Assembly: GCA_951406725.2 (NCBI GenBank) | Contig: OX597836.1 | Coordinates: 30,628,001 to 30,692,000, forward strand | Direction of reading: 5' to 3' | Length of the DNA stretch: 64,000 bases | Source: Octopus vulgaris | Taxonomy: Eukaryota | Shown here: positions 53,768 to 64,000 of the stretch, one piece after another | Position numbering within the stretch: position 1 is the stretch's first letter | Layout of the letters: the number at the start of each line of letters is the position of its first letter | Program-made: the position numbers and the translations under genes | Notes under the pieces: generated by a model | What the model saw: the letters and a program-made list of their open reading frames with translations, nothing else | What the model was told of the DNA's origin: nothing | Database searches by the model: none

Positions 53768-54150
53768 GGCGCAGGAGTGGCTGTGTGGTAAGTAGCTTGC
53801 TAACCAACCACATGGTTCCGGGTTCAGTCCCACTGCGTGGCACCTTGGGCAAGTGTCTTCTGCTATAGCCCCAGGCCGACCAATGCCTTGTGAGTGGATT
53901 TGGTAGACGGAAACTGAAAGAAGCCTGTCGTATATATGTATATATATGTATGTGTGTGTGTGTTTGTCCCCCTAGCATTGCTTGACAACCGATGCTGGTG
54001 TGTTTATGTCCCCGTTACTTAGCGGTTCGGCAAAAGAGACCGATAGAATAAGTACTGGGCTTACAAAAGAATAAGTCCCGGGGTCGAGTTGCTCGATTAA
54101 AAACGGTGCTCCAGCATGGCCGCAGTCAAATGACTGAAACAAGTAAAAGA
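53768..54150 (+). mobile_element. SINE family A (full length)
   Basis: Same head, body and tail as 3027-3390. More diverged or partial copies near 21880-22030, 48812-48970, 52750-53135, 54200-54360 and 60170-60495. Confidence 0.9.
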
Positions 54151-54431
54151 GTATGTATGTATGTGTGTGTGTGTGTGTGTATTATCATTATCACATGCAC
54201 AGGATGGCCGTGTGGTAAGAAGTTTGCTTCCCAACCACATAGTTCCAGGTTCAGTCTCATTGGATCGGACCTTAGGTAAATGTCTCTTACTGTAGCCCTG
54301 GGGTGACCATAGCTTTGTGAGTGGACTTGGTTGACAGAAGCTAAACAGAAGCTTGTTCTGTGTGTGTGTGTCTTTGTCTTGACAATGTGTAATAGTTCCA
54401 AATGATTGTCACTGTCACACAAGCACTGTCA

Positions 54432-54775
54432 TCTCTATATATATAAATGGCAAAATGTCTGTGTGTCTGTCCTTTATACAAATCCACAATTTTTCAGTTC
54501 GAGGGCTCGCACTTTCTATGGTCATTCAAAACCGTCCAAGGGGGGTCGTGCACATCTTTACATTTCCCCAGTCACCCCGCAAAGCCATTAAAAAATCAAT
54601 AGAAGTGACTTTTTTGTGAATTTTCTATCCAAAACCCAATCAAAATGTCCGAAACTTGATACGCCAATTGAATGCCAGCTAGCTGTATGTGATTGGTCGG
54701 AGATTTGGACAGTACTCGCGTGTATGTGCACACGCACTAGCACTATGACCCGGCGTTGCTGGGTCATAGTGCTAG
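54432..54775 (+). mobile_element. Non-autonomous Helitron
   Basis: Starts TC, ends CTAG, inserted between A (54431) and T (54776) with no TSD; 3' hairpin ATGACCCGGCGTTGCTGGGTCAT. Related 3' ends at about 39645-39680 and 25128-25160 (-). Confidence 0.85.
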
Positions 54776-54988
54776 TTTCCAATATTCTGCAAGGATATTC
54801 TGGTCATGCAGAGATATTACCTTGCTTTGTGATAGGTGAGGGTTGGTGACAGGAAGAGCATCTAGCCATAGAAAATCTGCTTCAATAAACTCCATCCAAC
54901 CTATGCAAGTATGAGAAAGTGGATATTCAAATGTTGATGATGTGGCGATATATGTGTACTTAGTTTTTCTTCTTCCTTTGTCTACCAG

Positions 54989-55062
54989 CCACAGCAGATG
55001 CTATATTTGGTGATATGGATGACGTCTCCTCAGATGAAGATAAAGACGAAGAAAGTAAAACG
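54989..55062 (+). CDS. LEO1: LEO1 coding exon 5 (ATADAIFGDMDDVSSDEDKDEESKT)
   Basis: Polypyrimidine tract plus CAG; donor ACG|GTAATT; phase 1-0. IFGDMDDVSS resembles the conserved LEO1 LFG.ADDISS motif. Confidence 0.85.
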
Positions 55063-55859
55063 GTAATTTTTTTTTTTCCTTTGTTATGGACAAAGAACAT
55101 TTTAGAATTTTAACTACAAGAAATCACAGCACTTCTTACATATGCAGCATACACCACAATTGACTAAGAAATCTTGAAAGCAGTGCCCCAGTATGGCAGT
55201 ATGGCCACAGTCCATTTACTGAAGCCAGTCAGAGAATATACCATATTCATTCTTTGGATCATGGGAATAAATTCGATATTCTCTTATTTCTTTTATCGTT
55301 TTCTGTCTTTGAACAACAGCCATGTTGAGACATGCCTTTTAAGGTATAGATGATGACTTCTTTTATCATGCTCAGACTCAATGAAATATATCATAGTCAT
55401 AGCTATGATCTGAACTCAAAGCATAAAGAAGATATAACCAAAAAACACAAGCTATTTTGCCTACTGCTCTACACATGCTGACATCTACTTACAGTATTAG
55501 AGTCTATTTAAATTTTTGTTGTGTCTAGGGAGAGTCATTATGCCAGTATAATTCACACACGCACTGGTTCAATTCCATCTTGATTCTGCCTAGACACAAC
55601 AAAATTTGTTTCAACACGCAGATTCCTATAAAGAATCTGCAAACCAGATACAAAAATGAAGTATATTTAAATTTGGTCGAAATAAATAAATATAAAGAAG
55701 GATTTAATATTCACTTGAACACACTAACATTTCTAGCCAAATATTTGCTGTTTCTTTGTTGGAGCCCAGCCATTATGTTGGGGTCTGTTTTGTTTTTTTC
55801 TGACCCTTTTCTTCTCAGAGGAGTCTTCATCTTACCCATTGTATCATATTCTATCCCAG

Positions 55860-56053
55860 ACAAAACCATTAATTGAAGATGAAGATGAAGAAGGAGGAGA
55901 AGGAGAAGGCGATGGAGAAGCAGGAACTGCGGCTCCACCAGAAGAGGAACCTCCGGAGACAATGATTGAAGTTGAAATTCCACGTATTGTTACCAAACTA
56001 GGCAAATCCCTTCATTATGTCAAACTACCAAATTTCCTCAGTGTTGAAACAAG
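55860..56053 (+). CDS. LEO1: LEO1 coding exon 6, start of the conserved Leo1 domain
   Basis: [34 protein letters not shown] corresponds to the LEO1 signature (ETRIEVEIP...[12 protein letters not shown]). Acceptor CCCAG|, donor AG|GTTATT; phase 0-2. Confidence 0.95.
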
Positions 56054-58164
56054 GTTATTTATTCACATCTTATATCTGTTCGTTTATTTTTTAAACTCAA
56101 ATCCACAACAATAATTTGGTTCACTGTGAAATCATTACTGGTTAATTATACTGCGATAAATACATTGCCTGTAATTTCATTGTCAGCTAATGCATCGTCA
56201 ATAAATTTAGCATCATACCAAATGAATCTCAGCAGTAAACTGTTCATAATTACTTTTATTCACAAAATAATACTTTAATAAGCATTCATCATCATCATCA
56301 TCATTATTTAACCCTCTGGCTTTCAGATTACTCTGTCAAATGTAATGTTTATTTATTCACGTCATTTCGAATTAATCCTACATTATCTTGTAGCTTCAAG
56401 AATTTAACGTTGTGATTGTTTATTTTTAGAATGACATTGTAATGTTGGTGTGAGAGGCCATATCTGGTCGGTTTGAGTATAGAGTATGTAGAATATGTGA
56501 GCCAGATACAGCTAGTTTCACTGCAAAAGGGTTAGTGTCCACTTCCCATACTGGCATAGATTGGACTGTTTGACAGGAGCTGGCAAGCCAGAAGACTGCA
56601 TCAGACTTTACTGTCTGCTTTGACATGGTCTCTATGGCTAGATGCCATTTCTAATACCAGCTACTTTACAGAGTGTACCAAGTGCTTTCTACATGGTACC
56701 AGCACTCTTTAACAAGGAAATTTGAAGACAACAAAAACATAATCCGTCCTACAGTCAGGAAATATTTAGAAATCTTATAAAAGGAACAATCAAAAAGCAA
56801 TATAATAATTGACCATTGTATTGCTTCAAGAATTCAACATGTCGTTATGAATATCAAAATTAAAAAATACTTCAAAATTTTCTTCCTTCCTCCAGTTTAA
56901 AATTGTATATTATCTTTTTACAGCAAGTAAATACCAAATTTATTTGCAATAAAAAGTGGTATTCATTGACCACTAGAGCAGGTGCCCTCTCCTCAGCTTA
57001 CAGGCTCATGCACTGAACACGCCCATTCACTCAGACTGCTTTTGAGCTTCTTGTCCACTTTTCAACAAATTTGCTCAAAGGCAAGACTTACTTCTCCACC
57101 CTCATTATCCTCTTCAGGTGAAACTTGAAACAGTTGATGAGGGCTTAGCCAAATAAAGATGTTCGTCTTCAGCTCTTTCAGACATCGTCATCGACGTTTA
57201 ACATCCACTTTCCATGCTAGCATGGGTTGGACGGTTTGACTGAGGGCTGATGAACGAGAAGGCTACACCAGGCTCCAATCCGATCTAGCAATGTTCCTAC
57301 AGCTGGAAGCCCTTCCTAATACCAACCACTCCAAGAGTGTAGTGGGTGCTTTTTACGTGCCACTGGCACAAGGGACAGTCACACATTACTGACATCAGCC
57401 ACATGTGAATGGTTCTTTTTACGTGCCACCAGCTCGGGACCATTCAGCCAGCACTGGCTGTTAATTGATAAAATTCATATCCATACATATGTCTGTATTT
57501 ATTTATTTATTTATTTATTTATGTATGTGTGTGTGTAATATATCTGTTATATTTTATAAAGTATATATTGTACTTCTAGAACTACTTTGTCCATTCCTTT
57601 TTTTTAAGCTTTTAACATCTTAGCTGACCAGATGTGGCCTCTCACACCTACCCTACAATGTCATTCTAAAAATAAACAAACGCCTCATCGAAATGTTGAA
57701 GCTATGAGATAATACATGATTAATTCAAAGGAGTGTCAATAAACAAGCATTACATTCGAAATCTGGATGCTGAAGGGTTAAGACATGGAGTGTGCTTTGA
57801 GGGAGGTAGATTTGGCTGGTGTTCCCGACTGGTTGCGTGAACCCCACCCCCACCCGCTTCACTGGGGGTGGGGATGCGTTTTATGTTAGCGTGCGTGGGA
57901 GGTTGGATTTGTTTTTTGTTTTTACATGTGTATGAATGTGTGTGTGTGTGTGTATAAGTAGAGAGATTATTATGAGTAAGGAGTGGGGGTGGGTGTATTT
58001 TTCCTGTTTTGCTCATCCGATGGTGTCTTGTTTTAAAATGAGTGATGTGTGTGTGGAACAAAGGAAGTAACAGCCAGTTCATACATAATAATTCACTTGC
58101 AGCTAATTTGGACATCCCACATTAAATAACACTTCATTCATCTCTCTCTCTCTCTTCCTCTCTT

Positions 58165-58330
58165 TTTTTATTATTCCATCTGTTTTTATTGTTGTTGTTA
58201 ATGAGTGAGAGAGCAGAACACACCATCAAAGTGATGCTTTGGTTATTATTATTATTATTGTTGTTATTCTTCTTCTTCTTATTATTATTATTATTATTAT
58301 TATCATTATTACTATTATTATTATTATTAC

Positions 58331-58366
<36 letters not shown>

Positions 58367-58475
58367 TATTATTATTGTTATTATTATTATTATTGAGTGA
58401 GAGAGCAGAACTCACCATCAAAGTGATGCTGAGGTTGTTGTTGTTCTTATTATTATTATTATTATTCCATCTGTT
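58165..58475. repeat. (TTA)n microsatellite with a duplicated 37-bp unique motif
   Basis: TGAGTGAGAGAGCAGAAC.CACCATCAAAGTGATGCT at about 58202 and 58394. Confidence 0.9.
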
Positions 58476-58842
58476 GGAATAATACATTCAGAATTATTCT
58501 TCTCATCTCCATAATTTAGTGGAAGAGGTTTATGTCAAAGGTTGCAGATAAAACCGACACTTCCATACCTATAAATAATATGCTGGGTTATTTTATGCTA
58601 AGCACATTCATATAAAGGAAGTTTGGTCATACAAATTGGTATTTGGTCGCCTTTGTTGTTGTTGTTATTGTTATTTGGCAGGGTGGTGTGTGTTAAATCG
58701 TTTATAGAATTATCTGTTCCATATATATTAATATATATATATACGTACATACAAAATCAACATTTCCTGACCAAATTTCAATTCATTAATATTTAATGTG
58801 TGACTATTTTCACATATTGCTGGGTCTTTATCTCCCTCACTC

Positions 58843-58876
<34 letters not shown>

Positions 58877-58898
58877 CTCTTACCATATATATATATAC

Positions 58899-59287
58899 TC
58901 TTTTACTTGTTTCAGTCATTTGACTGTGGCCATGCTGGAGCACCACCTTTAGTCGAGCAAATCGACTCCCAAGACTTATTCTTTGTAAGCCTAGTACTTA
59001 TTCTCTCGGTCTCTTTTGCCGAACCGCTAAGTTACAAGGACATAAACACACCAGCATCAGTTGTCAAGCGATGTTGCGAGGACAAACAGACACACAAACA
59101 CACACACACACATATATATATATACGACGGGCTTCTTTCAGTTTCCGTCTACCAAATCCACTCACAAGGCTTTGGTCAGCCTGAGGCTATAGTAGAAGAC
59201 ACTTGCCCAAGGTGCCACGCAGTGGGACTGAACCCAGAACCATGTAGTTGGTAAGCAAGCTACTTACCACACAGCCACTGCTATGCC
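58899..59287 (-). mobile_element. SINE family A (full length, inverted)
   Basis: Reverse complement of the family A sequence. Other minus-strand partial copies near 8005-8195 and 10430-10560. Confidence 0.9.
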
Positions 59288-59639
59288 TATACACACACAC
59301 ACACACACACACATTTGTACCGATCTCTTTCTGACTTACTTTATTCTCTGTCTCTCCCTCCCTCCCTCCATTTACAAAGTTGAGTGAATTTCTCTGTTCA
59401 ATAATGTTATGTAGAAATAATTAACTTAAAAGGAAAAGTGTTCTTCTCAAACAATTTCATTTCCGAAACCATCCAGTTCTGCATTTGCATAATTGCAACT
59501 AAGCAAAAGTAAAAAAAACACCAAAAAAAATATATTGAAAAATGTGTAAACAATTCTGATAAGTGTTACTATTTAACAAATGTCTAGAGCTTACCTTATG
59601 TGTATGATTTGGAGAGAGCAAAAGGTGGAGGTAATCTGT

Positions 59640-59794
59640 TTCTCTCTCTCTCTCTCTCTCTCTCTCATGCTCTATCTCTTTCTCTCTCGTGCTGTCTCTT
59701 TCTCTCTCATGCACACACTCTCTCTCTCCATCATGTTCTCTCTTTCACACTCTTTCTTTCATGCCTCTTCTTTCTCATTCATGTTCTCTTTCTT

Positions 59795-59826
<32 letters not shown>

Positions 59827-59925
59827 TCTCCCTCGTGTTCTCTCTCACTCTCTCTCATTCACTCCATCATGTTATCACATGCTCTCTCTTTCTCTCACAC
59901 AGTTTAGTTTCATCATCATCATCAT
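59640..59925. repeat. Degenerate (TC)n/(CA)n low-complexity tract
   Basis: Direct reading. Confidence 0.9.
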
Positions 59926-61103
59926 CACATTTACTTTCTCGGTTGGTTATTTGTGGTTAACCTTTTAAATTATTTATTAACATCCTTAAACCTAACCAGG
60001 TGTCAGGCATAGCTGTCACTGGCTTACAAACATCACCTGGTCACTCAGGACCGGGTGGTGTTCTTAAGCCTGCTCCTGAGTGACCTACAGTGGAGTCCAT
60101 TCTGCTGCGAGCATTCACATAGGTCCCTGGTCTAGATATAAACCAAATTGTTAAAAAGACTTTTTACAGGCAGGGCATTTGTGTGTGGTTAAGAAGCCTG
60201 CCTCCCAGTCATATGGTCTTAGGTTCAGTTCCATTGTGTGGTACCTTAAGTGTCTGTCTTCTGAATTTTATAGATGGTAACTGAAAGAAACCCATCACAC
60301 GTGTGTGTGTGTGTGTGTGTGTGTAGCTATGTGTTTGTGTTGTGTCTATTACCCACCACCAATTGACAACCAGAGTTGGTTTGTTTACATCCCATAACTT
60401 TACAGTTCAGTAAAAGATACCAGAAGAATAGGTTCCAGGCTTAAAAAATAGGAACTGGGGTTGGTTTGTTTGAAGTAATACTCCAGCATGGCCACAGATT
60501 TAGTAAAAGAAAGGCATATTTTATTCCATCTATCCATCTCTTCCATGGGGTGTTATCAAAAGCAACTGTCGTCGGACTTTCTGGTTGGATTCCCAAGCAT
60601 GACCATCTGAGACTATGGGTATTATCCAACTATCTCATTCTTAGTCTACCCCTAAGTCCCCTGCCACTTGGCTCAGTCTGAAGAATCCATCTTGCAATTC
60701 TTCCTTGCAACCTTCAAATCACATGGTGGCAGCAGCAGCAGTGCTGGGACTAGCAGAACCATTGGATAGAATGCCTTGCAGTATTTGCACTGGTTCTTTG
60801 TCTGTTTGCCCCTTTTTGGATTAATAAAGTGCCCAGTCCAGTGTGGTAGAATTTATAGATTATCAAGGCTTTAGATGAGATGCATTGCAATATTCCATCT
60901 GCCATTACCCACCTTGTGATGGGAAACAGGGCCTTCAGCGCCATCTAACAATAGTAGGTTTCCAGCATCAGACAATCAGACAGTGTAAAGTATTCATTGA
61001 AACATTTTGGCTGCATTGGTGTGCATGAATGCAAGATGCAGACGCTGCACTAGAAGCATGCCAAACACTAGAGTAGAAATGAAATAGTGTATGCATGAGT
61101 ATC

Positions 61104-61410
61104 ACGATAAACGTTGCCCTTTTCAAGCCTAGCTAGGCTCATGGGCCCAGTTTCTGTGGCGTATGTGTTCCCCCCAGCTGGACGGGATGCCAGTCCATCG
61201 CAACATTACTCAAGAAACAGGAAGAGAGAGCGAGAGAAAGTTGTGGCGAAAGAGTACAACAGGGGTCGCCACAACCCCCATTGCCGGAGCCTCATGGAGC
61301 TTTTAGGTGTTTTCGCTCAATAAACACACACAACGCCCAGTCTGGGAATCAACCGCGACCTTCCAACCGCTAGTCCGCTGCCCTAACCACTAGGCCATTG
61401 CGCCTCCATA
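61104..61410 (-). mobile_element. tRNA-derived SINE with a V-domain-like core
   Basis: Head GGAGGCGCAATGGCCTAGTGGTTAGGGCAGCGGACT; core TGCGATGGACTGGCATCCCGTCCAG; flanking direct repeat CATGAGTAT (61095-61103 and 61413-61421). Confidence 0.7.
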
Positions 61411-61684
61411 TTCATGAGTATACCTATATAATTATATGAATACAAACACACATATATACACACATACATACGTAATTTTATTGATGTATAATGCAATGCA
61501 GTTTTCCATCTTGTCAGATCCTGTCATCACACACACACACACACACTAGTATGAAGGCAAATGTAAGATGTTTATAATGATATACTTATATAAATATGTG
61601 CATATGTATGTGTGTGAGTGTTTGTATAATATATTCATGCACATGTATTAAAATTTGTATATTTATTTATTATTTAATCTTTAG

Positions 61685-61769
61685 ACCTTTTGATGCCATG
61701 ACGTATGAAGATGAAATAGATGAAGATGAAGTGATAGATGAAGAAGGTAGAGCCAGGTTAAAATTAAAG
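61685..61769 (+). CDS. LEO1: LEO1 coding exon 7 ([29 protein letters not shown])
   Basis: Corresponds to the LEO1 motif RPFDP..YEDE....E.LDEEGRTRLKLK. Acceptor TTTAG|A, donor AAG|GTAAAC; phase 2-0. Later exons lie beyond the window. Confidence 0.95.
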
Positions 61770-62539
61770 GTAAACGTTTTTCTAATAAAATTGTACTGTT
61801 ATTTTGTTGTTGTTTAGCCCTAGGACAACCTTGAGCAAGCAAACAGACCTATGATCAGACACATACAAGTCATAGCTATCCCATCTTTCAACAGACTGCA
61901 ATTTATTTATTTATTTTGTATGTGATCTGATGATTTAATGGGGATTTAGCTACTATTTCTAACTGGTTGAATAACTGTGTAGATCTTCTTTCTTTGATGA
62001 GTTTGTTGTTGTATGCTGAAAATGCTGATGATAGTGGCAGTGAGCAAGCAGTGGTGGTGTTGCTATTATTTAGCCCCATGTCAGGCCTGGTGAAACAAAC
62101 CTATGACTAACCCTTTTGTTACCATCTTTCTGTTGAAATACTCCACCTTTGTTTCAGTTAATGTTCTTTTATTAAATTATGATGAATTTAATAAAATAAC
62201 TGCTGGCAGAATCATAAGCACGCTGGGCAAAATATTTAGAAGTATTTCATTCATATTTATGTTCTGAGTTCAAATTCTACTAAGGTCAACTTTGCCTTTC
62301 GTCTTTTTGGAGTCGATGAAATAAGTACCAGTCAAGTACTGGGGTTGATATAATCAACTTGCACCCTCCCCTCAAAATTTGAAGCTATGTGTCTATAGTA
62401 GAAAGGAATATTAAGCTGGTGTTTAGAACGTAAGTTAACAGGAAATTTTGATAGATGGTTTTAATTTAAGCCACCTTTAAACTGTAAGTTTGTATTGTAG
62501 AACAAGAAGCAGTCTCAAGCAGGTTGTTATTCCATCTGT

Positions 62540-62900
62540 CCTGAATAAACAACTTGTACTTGTGGCGACATTCACCCTGGGCGGGTTGAGTCGGCTTCTT
62601 CTATTCATGGAAGAAGTTTTGTGCGAATATGTGGATTTCACAAGCGGTCCCCAGCAATCTCACATGTGGAGACATCCTCTTTGCCGCAGATTGTCTGCAG
62701 ACGCGGGGACAGAACGACCAAAGAGCTGCCGGTTGCCGAAGCAGACACTCCAAGGATTTTCACCAAAGCCCCGTCTGCCAGGTTGTGGCCTTAATACCAC
62801 TCAGTGTCAGACCAATCCGCCTTGGGTGGCCCTACCAGGAACCGAAGTTCCCGACGGCATAGCTCTGACACTACCCCTTGCCAGTGTCCCCACCACAGCT
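62540..62900 (-). mobile_element. GC-rich fragment resembling an RTE LINE 5' UTR
   Basis: Minus strand GTGGTGG...AGAGCTATGCCGTCGGGAAC...CCTGGTAGGGCCACCC resembles recollected RTE 5' UTR motifs; CpG-rich relative to its flanks. Confidence 0.45.
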
Positions 62901-64000
62901 CAATACAACCGTTATTCTCTTATACTTTCCAGTGACCTTATGGTCAGTTGTTCAGTGAAATCATTCATACTTCATTCCTCTCCAATTTCTGTAACACATC
63001 TTCAGTTTTTGTCTGTATACTTCTTCCATATATCTCAGTACTGTTGAAACAGGCATCATACAACCGTATTGCTTTCTATTGATACCAAATGCAAAGTTTT
63101 AGTGCTAGAATGTCACCCATCCCGGACATTATTACCTCTCCTTCACATCTCTACCTTGATGTGACTCATAGCATTCCAGCAGATTGTCCACCTCATTCTG
63201 AGCTACTGTAAATACATCCGGTAAATGTAAAGCAATTATTTAATATTGTCATCCGTCAATTCTCCTACACATTACTTTCAATACCATAATGTTTTAAATT
63301 ATTCAGAATGAATGAAGCAGCTGTATCTTCAGTTTATGGGAATGGAATTTTCTTTTTCTCTCTTTCTCTCACACACACACATACACATATAGTGATAGAA
63401 TCTAAGATAATCACGAAAGTTTGATGTTACTATATTATATCAGTCACCATTATAAATGTAGTTATTCCTATTACTGTGAAAATCAGATCTATTCACTCAA
63501 AATTTCATAACCCTTGACTGCAGAAAGCAGTTTTATATACCAATCTACCTTTTGTTGAAGCATGTCATGTTTGAAACTATTTTGTCTTAAGATTTGGCAA
63601 CTTTATTGAAGCTATGTGACTTGCAGAAAATACCAGTTCTATTTTTTGGTAGATATTTAACATCATTTTTGGAATAACCATGGAATATAATTTCATAGTT
63701 TAACGGTTAAGGGACTTCCTCAAACTTGTGATCAAAGGTATTCCAACCATGACTGTCCTAATTGTGTGTGTGTGTGTGTGTGTATTTCAGTCATTGGACT
63801 GTGGCCATGCTGGGGCACTGCCTTGAAGGGTTTTGCTTTTAAACCTGCCATTTATTCTTTCGGTCTCTTGCTGAACTATCTGTCTTCTTCACCCACAGTT
63901 CCTAGGAGGGCTATGGGATAGAGTCCTCAGGCACTTCATCCATAGGGTCCAATCAGAAGCAACCATCATTGCACCATAACCATCTCAATTTTGGTCTACC

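Noticed and set aside
58134-58487. Poly-Asn and poly-Leu ORFs
   Set aside because: (TTA)n microsatellite.
59580-59968. Ser/Leu/His-rich ORFs
   Set aside because: Low-complexity (TC)n tract.
61340-61410. tRNA-like sequences here and at SINE heads (e.g. 41550-41600, 31980-32050)
   Set aside because: A/B boxes run into SINE bodies and no complete cloverleaf is seen, so these are not tRNA genes.
62490-63047. 185-aa plus-strand ORF as a candidate LEO1 exon 8
   Set aside because: Lacks the expected VENTIRWR continuation and overlaps MITE and LINE-derived sequence.

Overview
AT-rich, repeat-dense eukaryotic DNA. The SINE, MITE and LINE content looks like a coleoid cephalopod, probably Octopus (inference). 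Two genes lie head-to-head with ATGs about 1.3 kb apart. On the minus strand is a CARD-domain coding exon (ATG 14973, donor after 14694), probably the start of a CARD-containing MAGUK scaffold (ZO-1/DLG5-like; not proven); the rest of that gene lies left of the window. On the plus strand is LEO1 (PAF1 complex subunit). Seven phase-consistent coding exons were reconstructed: 16267-16306, 48547-48615, 50099-51451, 52447-52578, 54989-55062, 55860-56053 and 61685-61769 (649 codons), and the gene continues past the window. Intron 1 is about 32 kb. The most unusual coding feature is LEO1 exon 3, with about 16 tandem 10-11 aa Ser-Pro repeats followed by about 20-aa SDDE repeats. The remainder is nested transposable elements: tRNA-derived SINEs, TTAA piggyBac-like MITEs, hAT and mariner relics, Helitron/Helentron elements, and RTE and CR1-type LINE fragments, plus microsatellites and local duplications. 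No prokaryote-type system (CRISPR, operon) is present.
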